This document shows, in pieces, positions 19,057-30,359 of a DNA stretch of 64,000 nucleotides. Position numbers and translations under genes: made by a program. Under the pieces are notes generated by a model. It was not told where the DNA came from. It searched no databases and was given only the letters and a program-made list of their open reading frames with translations. Origin of the DNA: a bacterium (GTDB lineage Bacteria > Hinthialibacterota > Hinthialibacteria > Hinthialibacterales > Hinthialibacteraceae); contig CAXXSM010000076.1 of the NCBI GenBank assembly GCA_963663405.2, positions 112,779 to 176,778 on the forward strand, written 5' to 3'. Every line of letters starts with the position of its first letter. The first letter of the stretch is position 1.

Positions 19057-22000
19057 TCACCAATACCGTTTTCGTAATGTTACTTTTTTATAGTCTTTGT
19101 TTATATCAAAGAGTTCTTGGAGTGGTTTGAGATAGGGGCTTTCGGCGGGGGATTCATTGTTGATGGTTTCAATTGTTATGGTGTTTACCGGCGTGAAGGC
19201 CCGTTCGAGCATATCTTTGAAAAGTGAGTAATATTCAGGCAAATGAGAATCGTTGGGAGTTACTTTGATATCTAGATCTTTGCCATTGCGGCGGGAGATC
19301 ATGACAAGTTGTTTACCGTGGTAGACAAGATGATTTGCGGGACGCCGTTCGGGTAGATTGTATTCGAGGCCCTCTACTGATACGCCGCAGAGGGATGCGG
19401 GATCGTTGGCGTTGATCCAAAAAATCGATTCCTCCGAAAGCCCGTTTTGCAGCGCGCGCAGGGCGGTGGATGAGATGAACTGCAAACCGGGAATTCCTTC
19501 AAAGAAACATCCCGCCATGATTTCTCCTGAAAGTTCCATCAGCCGCAGCGCTTTGAATAATGCGCCCCAGCGCAGCGCGGGCCGTTCGCGTATTAGCAAT
19601 GTCCGGAAAAGAATCCCATATCGATCCAATAATAGCCGTACGCGGTCTTTCAGGCGTTCAAGTTCTTCTACGGCGTCCTGCGCGGGAGTGGGTGGATCGA
19701 GAACATACCAGTTGCCTGCGAAGGGCCGTGACATCTTCCAGCGGCTGAACGCTGCGCGGCGCCCGCCTCCATTGATTTGAGATAAATCGCTGGCCTGAAA
19801 TTGATTCTCCACTCCTTTACGTAATGATCCAAACGAATCGTTGGTTACTTTTCCCTGCCAGACCAAATCCCATAACGCGTTGGTCAGGCTCGCGGAATCC
19901 AGGTTTGTGTGATTCAGCAATTGTGAGAAATCATACTTGCCTTTAGGATCGGGAAAGATCGTTTCTAAAGAGATTGAATTATTCGTTTCTTGTGTATTGA
20001 TTTTTCCAGCAGGATCATTTTTGTTCCCACCGTTCTCTTCGATAAATAAATCCAATTGATCGTGGAAGCCGATGGTGACTTTCTCTTTTCCGCAGCCAAT
20101 CCAGGCGAGATTGGTTTCCTGCATGAGCGTGTCCATCGATGATGTGGAATAGGCGTTTATCCGGGCGGGGAGGAATTCACGTTCCCAAAGTTCTGGACTT
20201 GCTGGATAGGCGAAGAGTTTTTCGAGAGCGTATTGCAGGTGTTCCAGCGTATCTCCTTTTCGGGCGATTCCTTGATGAGACGCCAGGAAGAGTGGCAGCG
20301 CTTCGGGGGGGGAGTGGATCGAAATGGGGGATCGCTTCTTTCCTGGTGAGACGGAGTAGGATTTCCAAATTCTCGCTATCACATATTTCCTCTTCTGTAC
20401 AACCGGCGCTGATCGAGCCGATGACAACCCGTTCTGTTTCTACAAGTGTATCCAGCGCGGTGTTTAGACTGGATTCGGAGATCCCTAATGTTTCGAGAAT
20501 GTAAGTTTTTGTAACTGGTCCGTAATATTGCAGCCATTGCCCCAGCCAATCGGCGAAGGGATCGCTGTCTTCTGAAACTGTTTCGTAGGGAGGTAGAGAA
20601 CTTACAATTTCATTTATTGGCAGTTCTCTTTGATTGATTAGTGAATTGATTGATATCTGCGAACGGTCTATCTGTAGAGATGTAATGAACCGCGGAAGTT
20701 TTTCTAATGCGGTAATAGAAGCCGGCGTGTTTGCGGACCATCTGATCCACGCTATTTTCGTGTCTAATGTTTGTATTGTCTCACTGGGTTGGATTGAATG
20801 GTCTTTTTCTATCGCTTGAAGAAGGGCGATCCATTCGGCGCGTGGTATTAACAGGCGTTCTTTGATCCAATCCAATAGATCCACTGTCGTTCGTGGAGAG
20901 TAGCCGGGAAAAGTACGCTTTGCTTTCTGTTCAAAACGCTCGATCAATTCCCGCGCAATCTCCGGCCGTAAATCTTGTGAAAAAACCGCCTGTTTGATTA
21001 GATCATCGCGTAAATTCGAAACGGCGCCGGCGGGAGAGTCTTCTTTATACATGAGCTGGTTGGTCTGCCGCCATAGAAGCCCTTCGGTGAAGGGGGAGGG
21101 AACATGGGTTGCGACTTCCGTGATGGTGATTTCGCCTATGTGGATTTCATCCAATAGTTTTTTCAGTGTATTCAGGTCAAACTCATCCCGCAGACACCCA
21201 CGCCATGTTTCCATGAGAATGGGGAAATCTTCATATTGAGTAATTGTGTCCAGAAGTTTTTTTTGAACGCATCCTATTCAGCCAAAGGGGCGTCCGCCGG
21301 TCGAAGGAATCGCGGGGTAAGAGCAGCGCCCGCGCGGCGTTTTCGCGAAACCGGGCTCCAAAAAAACCGCTTCGTTCCAATTTCTGTCGCAGCAACGATT
21401 CTATATCTTCCGCGCGTAGAGAAAGGAGGAATTCTTTAACAGGGAAATCATAAGGCGGAATGATCGCGATGGCGTCGTTGTGAGGCAGAATTTTTAGCTC
21501 GCTTCGATTTGTGTTTTCCCATAAGGCGGAGAGCGCCAGCGCAAAAGGATAATTGACTTTCCCGCCCCATAATGTATGCAGAATCACCTGTGAACAGTTC
21601 TTATCACCGCCGGGAAACTGGGTGTATTCCACCAGCAAATTATGGCGATGTGGCAGCCCAGTTCCAGATGCTTTTTTTTGTTTTCGTAAAAAGAGAATCA
21701 GCGATCTTGCCGCTGTCTCTTCCATGCAATAGTCATGAATTAGTGTTTTTTCGAATCCAGAATCTTGAAGATTACTATCCGCTGTTTCGAGAAAGAGACT
21801 GATCTTTTCCGCAAGGTGGAAATCGCGGTTGATCTCTTCCGCGATCCAAAACGGCGCTCCTTCTGTGGTTCCATCACTCAGCGCCGCGATGACGTCGTTG
21901 TGGGTGATCTGGTGGATTTTCCAATTTTGCGCGCCGAATGTGAACACATCACCTGGTTTATGTTCCCAGACAAATTCTTCGTCCAGTTCTCCAACCTTGG

Positions 22001-23551
22001 TTCCTGTGTCCCGGCGCCGCAGTATGAAATAGCCCCGGTCAGGGATCGTTCCACCGGATTGATAGACAAGGCGAAGCGTTTTTTCTTTGGCGCGAATGGT
22101 GTTGTCGATACGGTCGATGGAGACGAGTGGTTGTAATGCGCGGTTCCGGCTTCCGGCGTAATGGCCGCTCAACATTTTAAGGACAAGATCGTATTCCACG
22201 CGGCTCAATTCGTGGTAGGGATAACTGGTTTGGAGAAAATGATAGAGCGCGTCGATGTCCCATATTTCAACGCCGGTCATTGCGGCGATCACCTGAGCGA
22301 GCACATCCAGCGGGGATTGAATCGTATGTCCGCTTTCGATTTCCCGATCGAGAACACAGCGTCCGATTGCGGCGGCTTCCAATAGATCGCGTCCATGAGT
22401 GGGGAAGAAGAGACCTTTGCTGACCTCTCCAACGCGATGCCCGGCGCGGCCGATTCGCTGCAGGGCCGCTGATATTGACATGGGGGATTGGATCAAAATC
22501 ACTTCATCCAATGCGCCGACATCGATCCCCAATTCCAACGATCCCGTAGCGATGATCGCGGATAAATTTCCATTTTTCAAACGCTCTTCAACAATGCGCC
22601 GGGTTTCGAGGGAGAGGGAACCATGATGCGGGTAAGCGATCAGTTGTTCTTCATCCTGATTGATGAGTAGAGCGATCTGTTCGCAGAGACAGCGGTTGTT
22701 GGCGAATAGAAGCGTAGAGCGATTTTCGCGATGATCTCTTTTAATTGTTTGACCAGTGGCGGCCAGAAGTCCGTTTCTTCTAGATTCTCTCTTGGTTTGA
22801 CGGGGAAATGGACGCGGATTTCGTAATCCTTGGATTGTTCGGAGCGGATAATTCGAACATCCCGCTTTTTATATTTCACATGTCCACCGTGTTCTTCAAT
22901 CTGATACCCGCCAATGAAATCGGCTACTTCTTCAAGAGGTTTGACGGTAGCGGATAGGGCGATGCGTTGAAATTCTCCCGCCAGAAGAACGAGCCGGTCA
23001 ACGGCGGTGATGAGATGGGTTCCGCGTTTTGTACGGGCGACCGCGTGGATCTCATCGAGGATGACGCATTCGATCTGTGTCAAGATCCTGCGTCCCCGCA
23101 TGGAACTAATCAACAGGTTTAAACTTTCCGGTGTGGTGATCAATATTTCCGGGGGATGACGCAGCATTCTCTCGCGTTCGCTGCGGGTCGTGTCACCGCT
23201 GCGGGTGAGAACGTTGATTTCTGGAAACGGAACGCCTGCGCGCTGGAAGTATTCGCGGATTTGCGTTAGGGGTTCGAGAAGGTTTCGTAAAATATCATTG
23301 TTGAGGGCTTTGAGCGGGGATACGTATAGAATTCGGGTATGTCCGCGCGCCCATTGTTGTGTAACCAGACGATCGATCGCCCAGAGAAATGCCGTGAGTG
23401 TTTTGCCGCTGCCCGTCGGCGCGGTGATGAGCAGGTGTTCTCCACGCGCGATCGGCGGCCATGAGCGTTTTTGCACGTCGGTTGGAACGCCAATTTGTTC
23501 CGTAAACCAGTTTTGAATGATGGGATGAAAGAGTGATAGCGGATTCCCCAT
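19057..23551 (-). CDS. lhr: Long Lhr-family DEAD/H helicase, split into four ORFs by three homopolymer frameshifts
   Basis: APTGSGKT, DEIH, ALSAT, HHGS, SLELGID, QRIGRAGH, GELDEEF, DRYGIL; slips at ~22723, ~21257, ~20305. Confidence 0.9.
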
Positions 23552-23672
23552 GTTTGTACCTAGGCGCCGTTCGGTTGACTTTCCGTATGATGTATCGTAT
23601 GAATGGATTTGTAAACCGTTTTATAACCATGAAGACGGGCGTAATCCAACGATAGAAAGGATGACTCTTATC

Positions 23673-25070
23673 ATGCGAATGCTTCCTTGTCTCTTATTCA
23701 TTCTATTCATGATTTTCTGTATCCCGTGTTTAGCACAGGAAACGATTATTGTCCGGCCTATTGAGATCGATGATGTCTTGATCAATCCGGGAATCGGTTT
23801 TATGACCTTCCAGCGTTTTAATGGGGATAAACTGAATGAAGGGAAACGATGGACGGAAGGATTTCCGATTGAGTATCAGGATTTTGATGGGAATCTGGAG
23901 AATGAGAATCACCCGATGACTTCACTCGCTTATTTCCGGATTTATTGGAAATTCATCGAACCGGAGCGGGATGAATACAATTGGGAACTGATCGACAAAG
24001 CTCTTGAGACCGCCGCCGCACGCGGTCAGACGTTGTTGCTGCGTATTGCGCCCTATGGCACGGGGCCGGAGCGGGACGTTCCTGATTGGTATCGGGATAT
24101 GGTGGGGGAACGGAAGGAACTGCCTGTAGAGAAATGGCAGGTCGATCCAGAAGATCCTCGCTATGTGGAGCATTTTTGCGATCTGATCCGTGATTTGGGG
24201 GAACGGTATGATGGACATCCCAGTTTGGAGAGCGTCGATCTTTCGATTGTCGGCGCCTGGGGGGAAGGCGCGGGATCGGAACGGTTGACAGAGAAAACAC
24301 GGGAAGCGCTTGTGGACAGTTATCTCGAAGCCTTCCCCAATACACACTTGCTCATGCTGTTGACCGATCCCAAAACGAATGGCTACGGTCTCTCGAAACG
24401 GAATGTGGGATTGCGGTTTGACTGTTTGGGGGATATGGGGGGATTCAGTCCTACTTGGTGTCATATGTATGACATGTATCCACAGGATATTATTAAATGT
24501 GGATTCCGCGACGCATGGAAAACGGCGCCGGTCAGTTTGGAAGTCTGCTGGGTGATGAGGCATTGGAAAGATCAGGGCTGGGATGTTGATTACATCATCG
24601 ACCAATCCCTTAAATGGCATATCTCTTCTTTCAACTCCAAATCATCCCCTGTTCCTAAAGAATGGGAGCCCCATGTTGACCGGTGGCTGAAAAAAATGGG
24701 GTATCGCTATGTCTTGCGGAAATTTACCTATCCTTCCATTGTGAAACCGAATGGAAAACTTACATTTACATCCTGGTGGGAAAACAAGGGAGTCGCTCCC
24801 TGCTACCATCCGTTTCCTCTCGCGCTGCGGCTGAATAGCGAAAATGAGAAAGCCATACTGCTTTTAGCCGCTGATATTCGAGAATGGCTTCCTGGCGATA
24901 ATCTGTGTGACAGTTCCGTCGTTGTTCCAGAGTATCTTTCCGAAGGGGAATACCAGCTTGAGATCGCTATACTGGACACACTCACGCATACGCCGAATGT
25001 CAAACTTGCGATTGAGGGAAGGCGTCCGGATGGGTGGTATCCATTGGGGGGGATTCGGGTGAAGAAATAA
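23673..25070 (+). CDS. Secreted glycoside-hydrolase-like TIM barrel with DUF4832-type C-terminus
   Basis: Signal peptide, NPGIGF, WKFIEP..YNW, GAWGEG, MGYRY, NKGVAPCY. Confidence 0.7.
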   Translation: MRMLPCLLFILFMIFCIPCLAQETIIVRPIEIDDVLINPGIGFMTFQRFNGDKLNEGKRWTEGFPIEYQDFDGNLENENHPMTSLAYFRIYWKFIEPERDEYNWELIDKALETAAARGQTLLLRIAPYGTGPERDVPDWYRDMVGERKELPVEKWQVDPEDPRYVEHFCDLIRDLGERYDGHPSLESVDLSIVGAWGEGAGSERLTEKTREALVDSYLEAFPNTHLLMLLTDPKTNGYGLSKRNVGLRFDCLGDMGGFSPTWCHMYDMYPQDIIKCGFRDAWKTAPVSLEVCWVMRHWKDQGWDVDYIIDQSLKWHISSFNSKSSPVPKEWEPHVDRWLKKMGYRYVLRKFTYPSIVKPNGKLTFTSWWENKGVAPCYHPFPLALRLNSENEKAILLLAADIREWLPGDNLCDSSVVVPEYLSEGEYQLEIAILDTLTHTPNVKLAIEGRRPDGWYPLGGIRVKK

Positions 25071-25081
25071 TAGTAGTTCTA

Positions 25082-25903
25082 TCAATCTTGGCGTAACGAC
25101 TGTATCGCTTCTTGAATGGATACTCCACATTTTTTACCATTGATAAAGTGGTGAATGGTTGTATACCCCACATCGAGTAAGAGCTGAAACGCTTCCTGAA
25201 AATCCGCGCCTGCGCGGGAAGGATCGTGCGCGTCGGAGCCAACGACGACAGGGATTCCCCTTATTTTCATCTCGTTTAGAAATTCGATACCCGGATTCAT
25301 TTCCGGAATGATTTTATTTAATCCCGATGTGTTTAATTCCAAGGCTGCGCCTGTCTTTGCGATTCGGTCTAAACTGCGCTTAATACTATCCATCGATTTT
25401 TGAATATCCCATGATTCGGGTATCGCCAATTTAACAACATCCGGATGAGCGAGCGCATGAAAGAGGCCGGATTCAGCGGCGGAGGCGAGATGATCAAAAT
25501 AAATGCGTTCAAACTCGCGGACGTCTCCTTGGTAGAATCGGTCGATGTAATCCGGGATATGGGCGTGCACGGAGCCAAGAATATAATGAAATGGGGCTTT
25601 TGTGTGTAATTCTGTCAACCAGCCCTCCATCTCGGGCAGATAGTCGCTTTCGAGACCGAGTAATATATCCAAACGGCCCGCCCATCGATCGCGCGCGTCT
25701 TGGACGAGAGAGAGATAGGCGCCGAACTGATCCATTTTCATCCGCGTGCTGGGGGACCAACCAGTGGGAATCGGATTGTGGCATGTGATAATGATCCCTT
25801 TCAAATCCCGCCTTTCAGCGGTGGAGGCGTATTCATCTATACTTCCAACCGCATGGTTGCATAAGGGAGTATGGATGTGACTGTCGTAGACAATTCGGTT
25901 CAT
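25082..25903 (-). CDS. PHP-family histidinol-phosphatase (HisJ type)
   Basis: DSHIHTPLCNHA, ILGSVH, LAHPD, LELNTSGL, GSDAH. Confidence 0.85.
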   Translation of the reverse strand: MNRIVYDSHIHTPLCNHAVGSIDEYASTAERRDLKGIIITCHNPIPTGWSPSTRMKMDQFGAYLSLVQDARDRWAGRLDILLGLESDYLPEMEGWLTELHTKAPFHYILGSVHAHIPDYIDRFYQGDVREFERIYFDHLASAAESGLFHALAHPDVVKLAIPESWDIQKSMDSIKRSLDRIAKTGAALELNTSGLNKIIPEMNPGIEFLNEMKIRGIPVVVGSDAHDPSRAGADFQEAFQLLLDVGYTTIHHFINGKKCGVSIQEAIQSLRQD

Positions 25904-26122
25904 TAGTGTGGAAACCGCTCCTCTCAACCTTTTCATACATACTAAATAGTGACATAGAAAGAATAGCAATATCTTCAAGAAAACGGACGGGGTAAGGTTT
26001 TGTAAAGAATCACAGTTTGATAAAAACCATAATCTTGATAAAACGTTGATGTTAGCGGGCTGTAAGAAATGATGTGATTTTGTGTATGAAATAGATCGAT
26101 TGATATGCGCGCTTAATGATCG

Positions 26123-27616
26123 TTATTGGTTTTTTTGAACGACTTGTATATTCGTTAATCGAAGCATGTTCTTACGCTCACCAGTTTCGGGATCAAGGCC
26201 GTTTCGGAGGCCGAATCCATAGAGCAGTTCACCGGGAGCCACTTCTGCTATCCATGTGTATCCGGAGTAGCGTTCAGGATGAACGCTGGTGTGATCCGTC
26301 CAGGTTTTGCCTTGATCCGCGCTGAACATGATCTTCGCGCCCGGCCGTCCGTAGCTACAAGCCAGCACTCCATTCGACATGACCACAAGGCATGGATAGA
26401 CGCCGTCGATCCCGGTCCGGTGAGGACCATCCCATGTGAGGCCCTGGTCTTTGCTGTAAAAGATACATAGTGGATTATCTTTCCATTTTTGCGAATCACT
26501 GCCGGAACGGATGGCGGCGATGAGGGTACCGTTTTCAAGTTTCTTCAACGATCCCTCGTTCCATCCTTCGCTGCCCCAGTTGGGTTCATAGGCGATGGTG
26601 GAATAGTATTTCCATGTCTGCCCGTTGTCCGTCGAGCGAGTGAGGAAACTGCGGCGGTAATTCTGACCGTGCACAGGAGATTCTTTTGTGTCGGTGTCAA
26701 ACCATCCACACATCAACGCCAGGAGAGAACCGTCGTCGATCTCTACGATTGAGCGCATGAATAATGGGCCAGGATGATAGGCGTGGCCGTGGGAACCGAC
26801 AGCGTGGGGTACAGTAAACGGGCATTCAAACGGATCTTTGATGGTTTGACCGTTGTCATCGCTGGTGTACCGTTGACCGATGAATGCGCCTTTTTCTCCT
26901 TCTTTTGGCAATGTGCGGTACGCGAGACCGAGCAGCGAACTATCAGTAAATTCGTGTGATATCATGGCGGATTGAGAATGTCCTTTTCCCCACAACAGCG
27001 AGTCGTTCGTATAAGGTTTCCATGTGTATCCTTTATCATCCGAATATTTTCCATCGCTGATAACACGTCCACTTGATGTGACAAACATGGTGTTGAAATG
27101 CGTTCCCTCGGCGAAGTAACGATCCGGCTCGATCGAAATCGCTAGATGATCTTTTGGATCTTGCACTTTGATGGCGAAGTCGCGGTAATCTAGCGCGGGA
27201 TGATCAGGGCCTTTGTGGATGGCGCTGGGTTCGATTGTAAAATTATGGATTCCACTTGGCCAATCCTTTGTGCTGATTTGTATGCGTAGTTTCCCCGCTT
27301 CTGGATCTAGATCGTTTTGTCCATTGTCTTCAATCATTCCATTGGGGCCGTAATAGGCTTGCTGGTTCTCTTCATGGAACTGAAATCCAGGAAGGGTTTC
27401 TTCTTTTAGAATTGTGTAGGGATGATGAATTGTCCAATTTTTAATATCAGAAAAGGATGTGTGAATGGAGATGGTTATGGGCTGTCCTTGTTTGACGGAT
27501 AGCGGTTCGACAGAAAAATGGGTATAGATTCCTGTATGAGGAGTTTGCGCTTGAGCGGCGCCGGTTAGGATTAAAATGGATAGAGTGATAAATTTGCATT
27601 GTAGGGGAAAACGCAT
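26123..27616 (-). CDS. Secreted BNR/Asp-box (sialidase-like) glycoside hydrolase
   Basis: Signal peptide; SDDKGYTW, SDDNGQT, STDNGQTW, SKDQGLTW, SADQGKTW. Confidence 0.85.
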   Translation of the reverse strand: MRFPLQCKFITLSILILTGAAQAQTPHTGIYTHFSVEPLSVKQGQPITISIHTSFSDIKNWTIHHPYTILKEETLPGFQFHEENQQAYYGPNGMIEDNGQNDLDPEAGKLRIQISTKDWPSGIHNFTIEPSAIHKGPDHPALDYRDFAIKVQDPKDHLAISIEPDRYFAEGTHFNTMFVTSSGRVISDGKYSDDKGYTWKPYTNDSLLWGKGHSQSAMISHEFTDSSLLGLAYRTLPKEGEKGAFIGQRYTSDDNGQTIKDPFECPFTVPHAVGSHGHAYHPGPLFMRSIVEIDDGSLLALMCGWFDTDTKESPVHGQNYRRSFLTRSTDNGQTWKYYSTIAYEPNWGSEGWNEGSLKKLENGTLIAAIRSGSDSQKWKDNPLCIFYSKDQGLTWDGPHRTGIDGVYPCLVVMSNGVLACSYGRPGAKIMFSADQGKTWTDHTSVHPERYSGYTWIAEVAPGELLYGFGLRNGLDPETGERKNMLRLTNIQVVQKNQ

Positions 27617-27640
27617 ATTTGGTCTCCTATATGTTATTAT

Positions 27641-28519
27641 TCATTGATAGCATTGCGCATTCTTGTTGACGCTGACGGAAGAAAAACTTTCGTGAAAGAA
27701 ATCCACGACTAAAGGAAGCGATTCTTCCACAATACTGAATGTATGCGAACCTTCAAAGACCTTGTATTGATGGGGGATATCCAATTCAGTGAGTTTTTCA
27801 TGAAAATGTTCGTTCATGGTGAAGTCAAAGGCTTGATCCGCTGTTGTCAGAAACAGACACATGGATTTTAAGTTGGCGGCGAGTGGAAGGGGATTGAACG
27901 ATTCTTGTTGTTCTTGCGTAGTCCCAAAAATGGAAGGAACGCTGTGGTTTTGTTCCGTGGGGAGAGAAAAATTGGGGAAATCGAGCAATCCCAAAATCGC
28001 AGCGGCGGCTATGAACCTGTTTGCGTGTCGTTCCGCGTATCGAATCGCTCCAAAGCCGCCCATTGACCAACCTGTGATCCCCCGCTGTTTAGATAACTTG
28101 CTGATATTCAGATGTTTTTCGGAGACTTGGATTACTTCGTCAATGAATGTTTCGAATTGGCTTTGCGCTGAGACGGGACTATCGATCCACCACCCGTTTT
28201 CCCCATAGGGCATTATCGTTACGAAACGGGCTGCCAATAAAGTCTCGCGTGTGGTTTCAAAATCGGTGAGTGAAAAATGGTTGCGTCCCGCGCCGTGAAG
28301 AAGGTACACCACCGGCCAGGGAGCGCCGGTATCGGAGTACTCTTTTGGAACGACCGCGGTGAATGATGTTAATTTGTTTAACGCGGGGCTTTGGATCCGA
28401 TAATGGAAGATTTGATCATGGATTGCCCGCATGTTGGTCACTTCGGGCTCATCGCAAACGGCTATCGTAGAGAAAATCATCCCCATCCAGATTCCCATGC
28501 TCCGATGGATTGCTCTCAT
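27641..28519 (-). CDS. Secreted alpha/beta-hydrolase esterase (CE1/tributyrin-esterase-like)
   Basis: PVVYLLHG, GWSMGG nucleophile elbow, GSHTF. Confidence 0.85.
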   Translation of the reverse strand: MRAIHRSMGIWMGMIFSTIAVCDEPEVTNMRAIHDQIFHYRIQSPALNKLTSFTAVVPKEYSDTGAPWPVVYLLHGAGRNHFSLTDFETTRETLLAARFVTIMPYGENGWWIDSPVSAQSQFETFIDEVIQVSEKHLNISKLSKQRGITGWSMGGFGAIRYAERHANRFIAAAAILGLLDFPNFSLPTEQNHSVPSIFGTTQEQQESFNPLPLAANLKSMCLFLTTADQAFDFTMNEHFHEKLTELDIPHQYKVFEGSHTFSIVEESLPLVVDFFHESFSSVSVNKNAQCYQ

Positions 28520-28646
28520 GACTTTTTCTCCATAAAATATGGTTAGAAACATGATTATTAGTATTCCTATACTAGAGTAATTAATGATTGAAGTAAAGAT
28601 ATATAGGAATATAATTTTTTTAATTTTTGGGGTATTGTTAAATCTA

Positions 28647-28662
28647 TATAATACGTATACTA
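28647..28662 (+). promoter_or_regulatory. TATAAT -10 box overlapped by operator TAATACGTATACTA
   Basis: Identical 14-mer at 30288-30301. Confidence 0.65.
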
Positions 28663-28690
28663 TTCGCTAAACTTCATATAGAGAGGCGTT

Positions 28691-29485
28691 ATGAAATCAT
28701 TGCCGAATAATCGTGTATTGGAAACACTTCGAAGCGGGAAGATTGTTTTTTCCTGCAGCTTGACTCCAGTCTGTGATCCTAAAATCGCTGAATTGATTGG
28801 GCTGGTTGGATTCGATTGTCTTTGGATCGATATGGAACATCAGGATTTCGATTATCAAAGCGTATTTAACGCCTGCCTGGCTTGCCGGGCGACAGGGATG
28901 GAGCCGATGGTGCGTATCCGGCGGGAGGGGCGTCATTCCTGTTTCCGGGGATTCGAAGTAGGGGGGACGGGGATCATGGTTCCGCATTGTATGGGGGAGG
29001 TGGACGCCAAAACGATTGTGAAAGAGGCGCGGTTTTCTCCTATGGGTTTGCGTGGCATGGATGGTGTTGAGGTGAGCGCCCGCTATGGGATGACGCCGAT
29101 GGAGGAGTATATCGAATGGGCCAACCGGGAAACGTTCATCGTTGTTCAGATCGAGGACCGGGAAGCGGTGGATGAGATTGACTCGATCGCCGCCGTGGAG
29201 GGAATCGATATTCTTTTTATCGGTCCGGGAGATCTGAGTCAGAGTTATGGACGGCCTGGGCAGTGGGATTGTCCAGAGATCCAACGCGCGTTTGAGCAGG
29301 TCGCCCAAGCGGCAAAGGAACATGGAAAATATTGGGGCGCGCCGGGAGGCAATCCGGAACGAGCGCGGACATTGATTGAAATGGGTGCCCGTTTTCTGAA
29401 CACCACATCATTGAGCGGTATTATGCGGAAGGGATTTCAAGACGCGTTTGAATCTTTTGACGCTGTGCGGCGGGAATTTGGTTAA
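28691..29485 (+). CDS. HpcH/HpaI aldolase family protein
   Basis: GFDCLWIDMEH, VQIE, LFIGPGDLS. Confidence 0.9.
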   Translation: MKSLPNNRVLETLRSGKIVFSCSLTPVCDPKIAELIGLVGFDCLWIDMEHQDFDYQSVFNACLACRATGMEPMVRIRREGRHSCFRGFEVGGTGIMVPHCMGEVDAKTIVKEARFSPMGLRGMDGVEVSARYGMTPMEEYIEWANRETFIVVQIEDREAVDEIDSIAAVEGIDILFIGPGDLSQSYGRPGQWDCPEIQRAFEQVAQAAKEHGKYWGAPGGNPERARTLIEMGARFLNTTSLSGIMRKGFQDAFESFDAVRREFG

Positions 29486-29511
29486 TCACGCATGATGAAT
29501 ACTATCCATTG

Positions 29512-30054
29512 TTAAAATCCCAGTTCGTAAATATCCCCGATGCTTACCAAACCATTCGAGCTGTCATATTCCATATGAATACCAAGCGCTCCTTCCGCTG
29601 TGCTGGGTTCGTATAATCCATTCGGGGCGGCTCCTAATAAGATATACGTTCCTTTGGCGTCGCGTACGCGTGGCATATGATCAAATTCTCCTCCATCCCG
29701 TTTTCCATCCGCTACATCAATCGGCCAATAGGGGTAGACATCTCCATCCCGATCCGTGAGTCCTTTGGGGCGGAACGGATCGTAGGGGATTGAGGAGAGG
29801 TAGGGAGTGGGTGTGGTGAGGCGGATCAGGCGGGTTAAGCGTCCTGAAATGCCTGGTGAGTAGGACGGGTATTCGTTGTTATCGAGCCGATATTGCGCCA
29901 ATCCCATTTTGATGGCGCGCATGTCGGATACGCTCCGGGCGACTTTAGCGCGGATTTGCGCGTTCAGAAAATTGGGGACGGCGATCGCCGCCAGAATCCC
30001 AATAATAGCCACGACAATCAGAAGTTCGATCAATGTGAATCCGTTTGCTTTCAT
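29512..30054 (-). CDS. Prepilin-type protein #4
   Basis: MKANG|FTLIELLIVVAIIGILAAIAVPNFLNAQIRAK; LTTPTPY; YDSSNGLVSIGDI. Confidence 0.9.
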   Translation of the reverse strand: MKANGFTLIELLIVVAIIGILAAIAVPNFLNAQIRAKVARSVSDMRAIKMGLAQYRLDNNEYPSYSPGISGRLTRLIRLTTPTPYLSSIPYDPFRPKGLTDRDGDVYPYWPIDVADGKRDGGEFDHMPRVRDAKGTYILLGAAPNGLYEPSTAEGALGIHMEYDSSNGLVSIGDIYELGF

Positions 30055-30085
30055 GTTTTCACCTGATAGTGTACCGGGATCGAGG

Positions 30086-30301
30086 TAGTATACGTATACA
30101 TTTTTTTGTGATTTTATCCATTTGTCAAGAGAATCTATCACAATTTTATGAAGAAAATATTAAAAAAGAAATTTCTTGGGATCAATTGGTTTTTTAACGT
30201 ATACATGCCTTTGTATCAGAATTATTTTGGATATTTTATTTCCTGTTTTTGGAAAACAATGGTTGACGGGGTAGGCAAGAGTGTGAATAATACGTATACT
30301 A
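30086..30301. promoter_or_regulatory. Divergent promoter region with three ACGTATAC operator sites
   Basis: GTATACGTATAC 30088-30099 (perfect palindrome), TAACGTATACAT 30195-30206, TAATACGTATACTA 30288-30301; TTGACG-17-AATAAT on +, TTGACA at 30128 on -. Confidence 0.7.
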
Positions 30302-30359
30302 AAAATGCTTTAAATATTCTATGAAGGACCAAATTCTATCCAGAAAGGGTGAACTCAAA

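Noticed and set aside
27641-27680. Esterase tail SSVSVNKNAQCYQ as a seventh W-tag
   Set aside because: Linker, Val and near-terminal Tyr are suggestive, but the invariant Trp is missing and the spacing differs; not counted.
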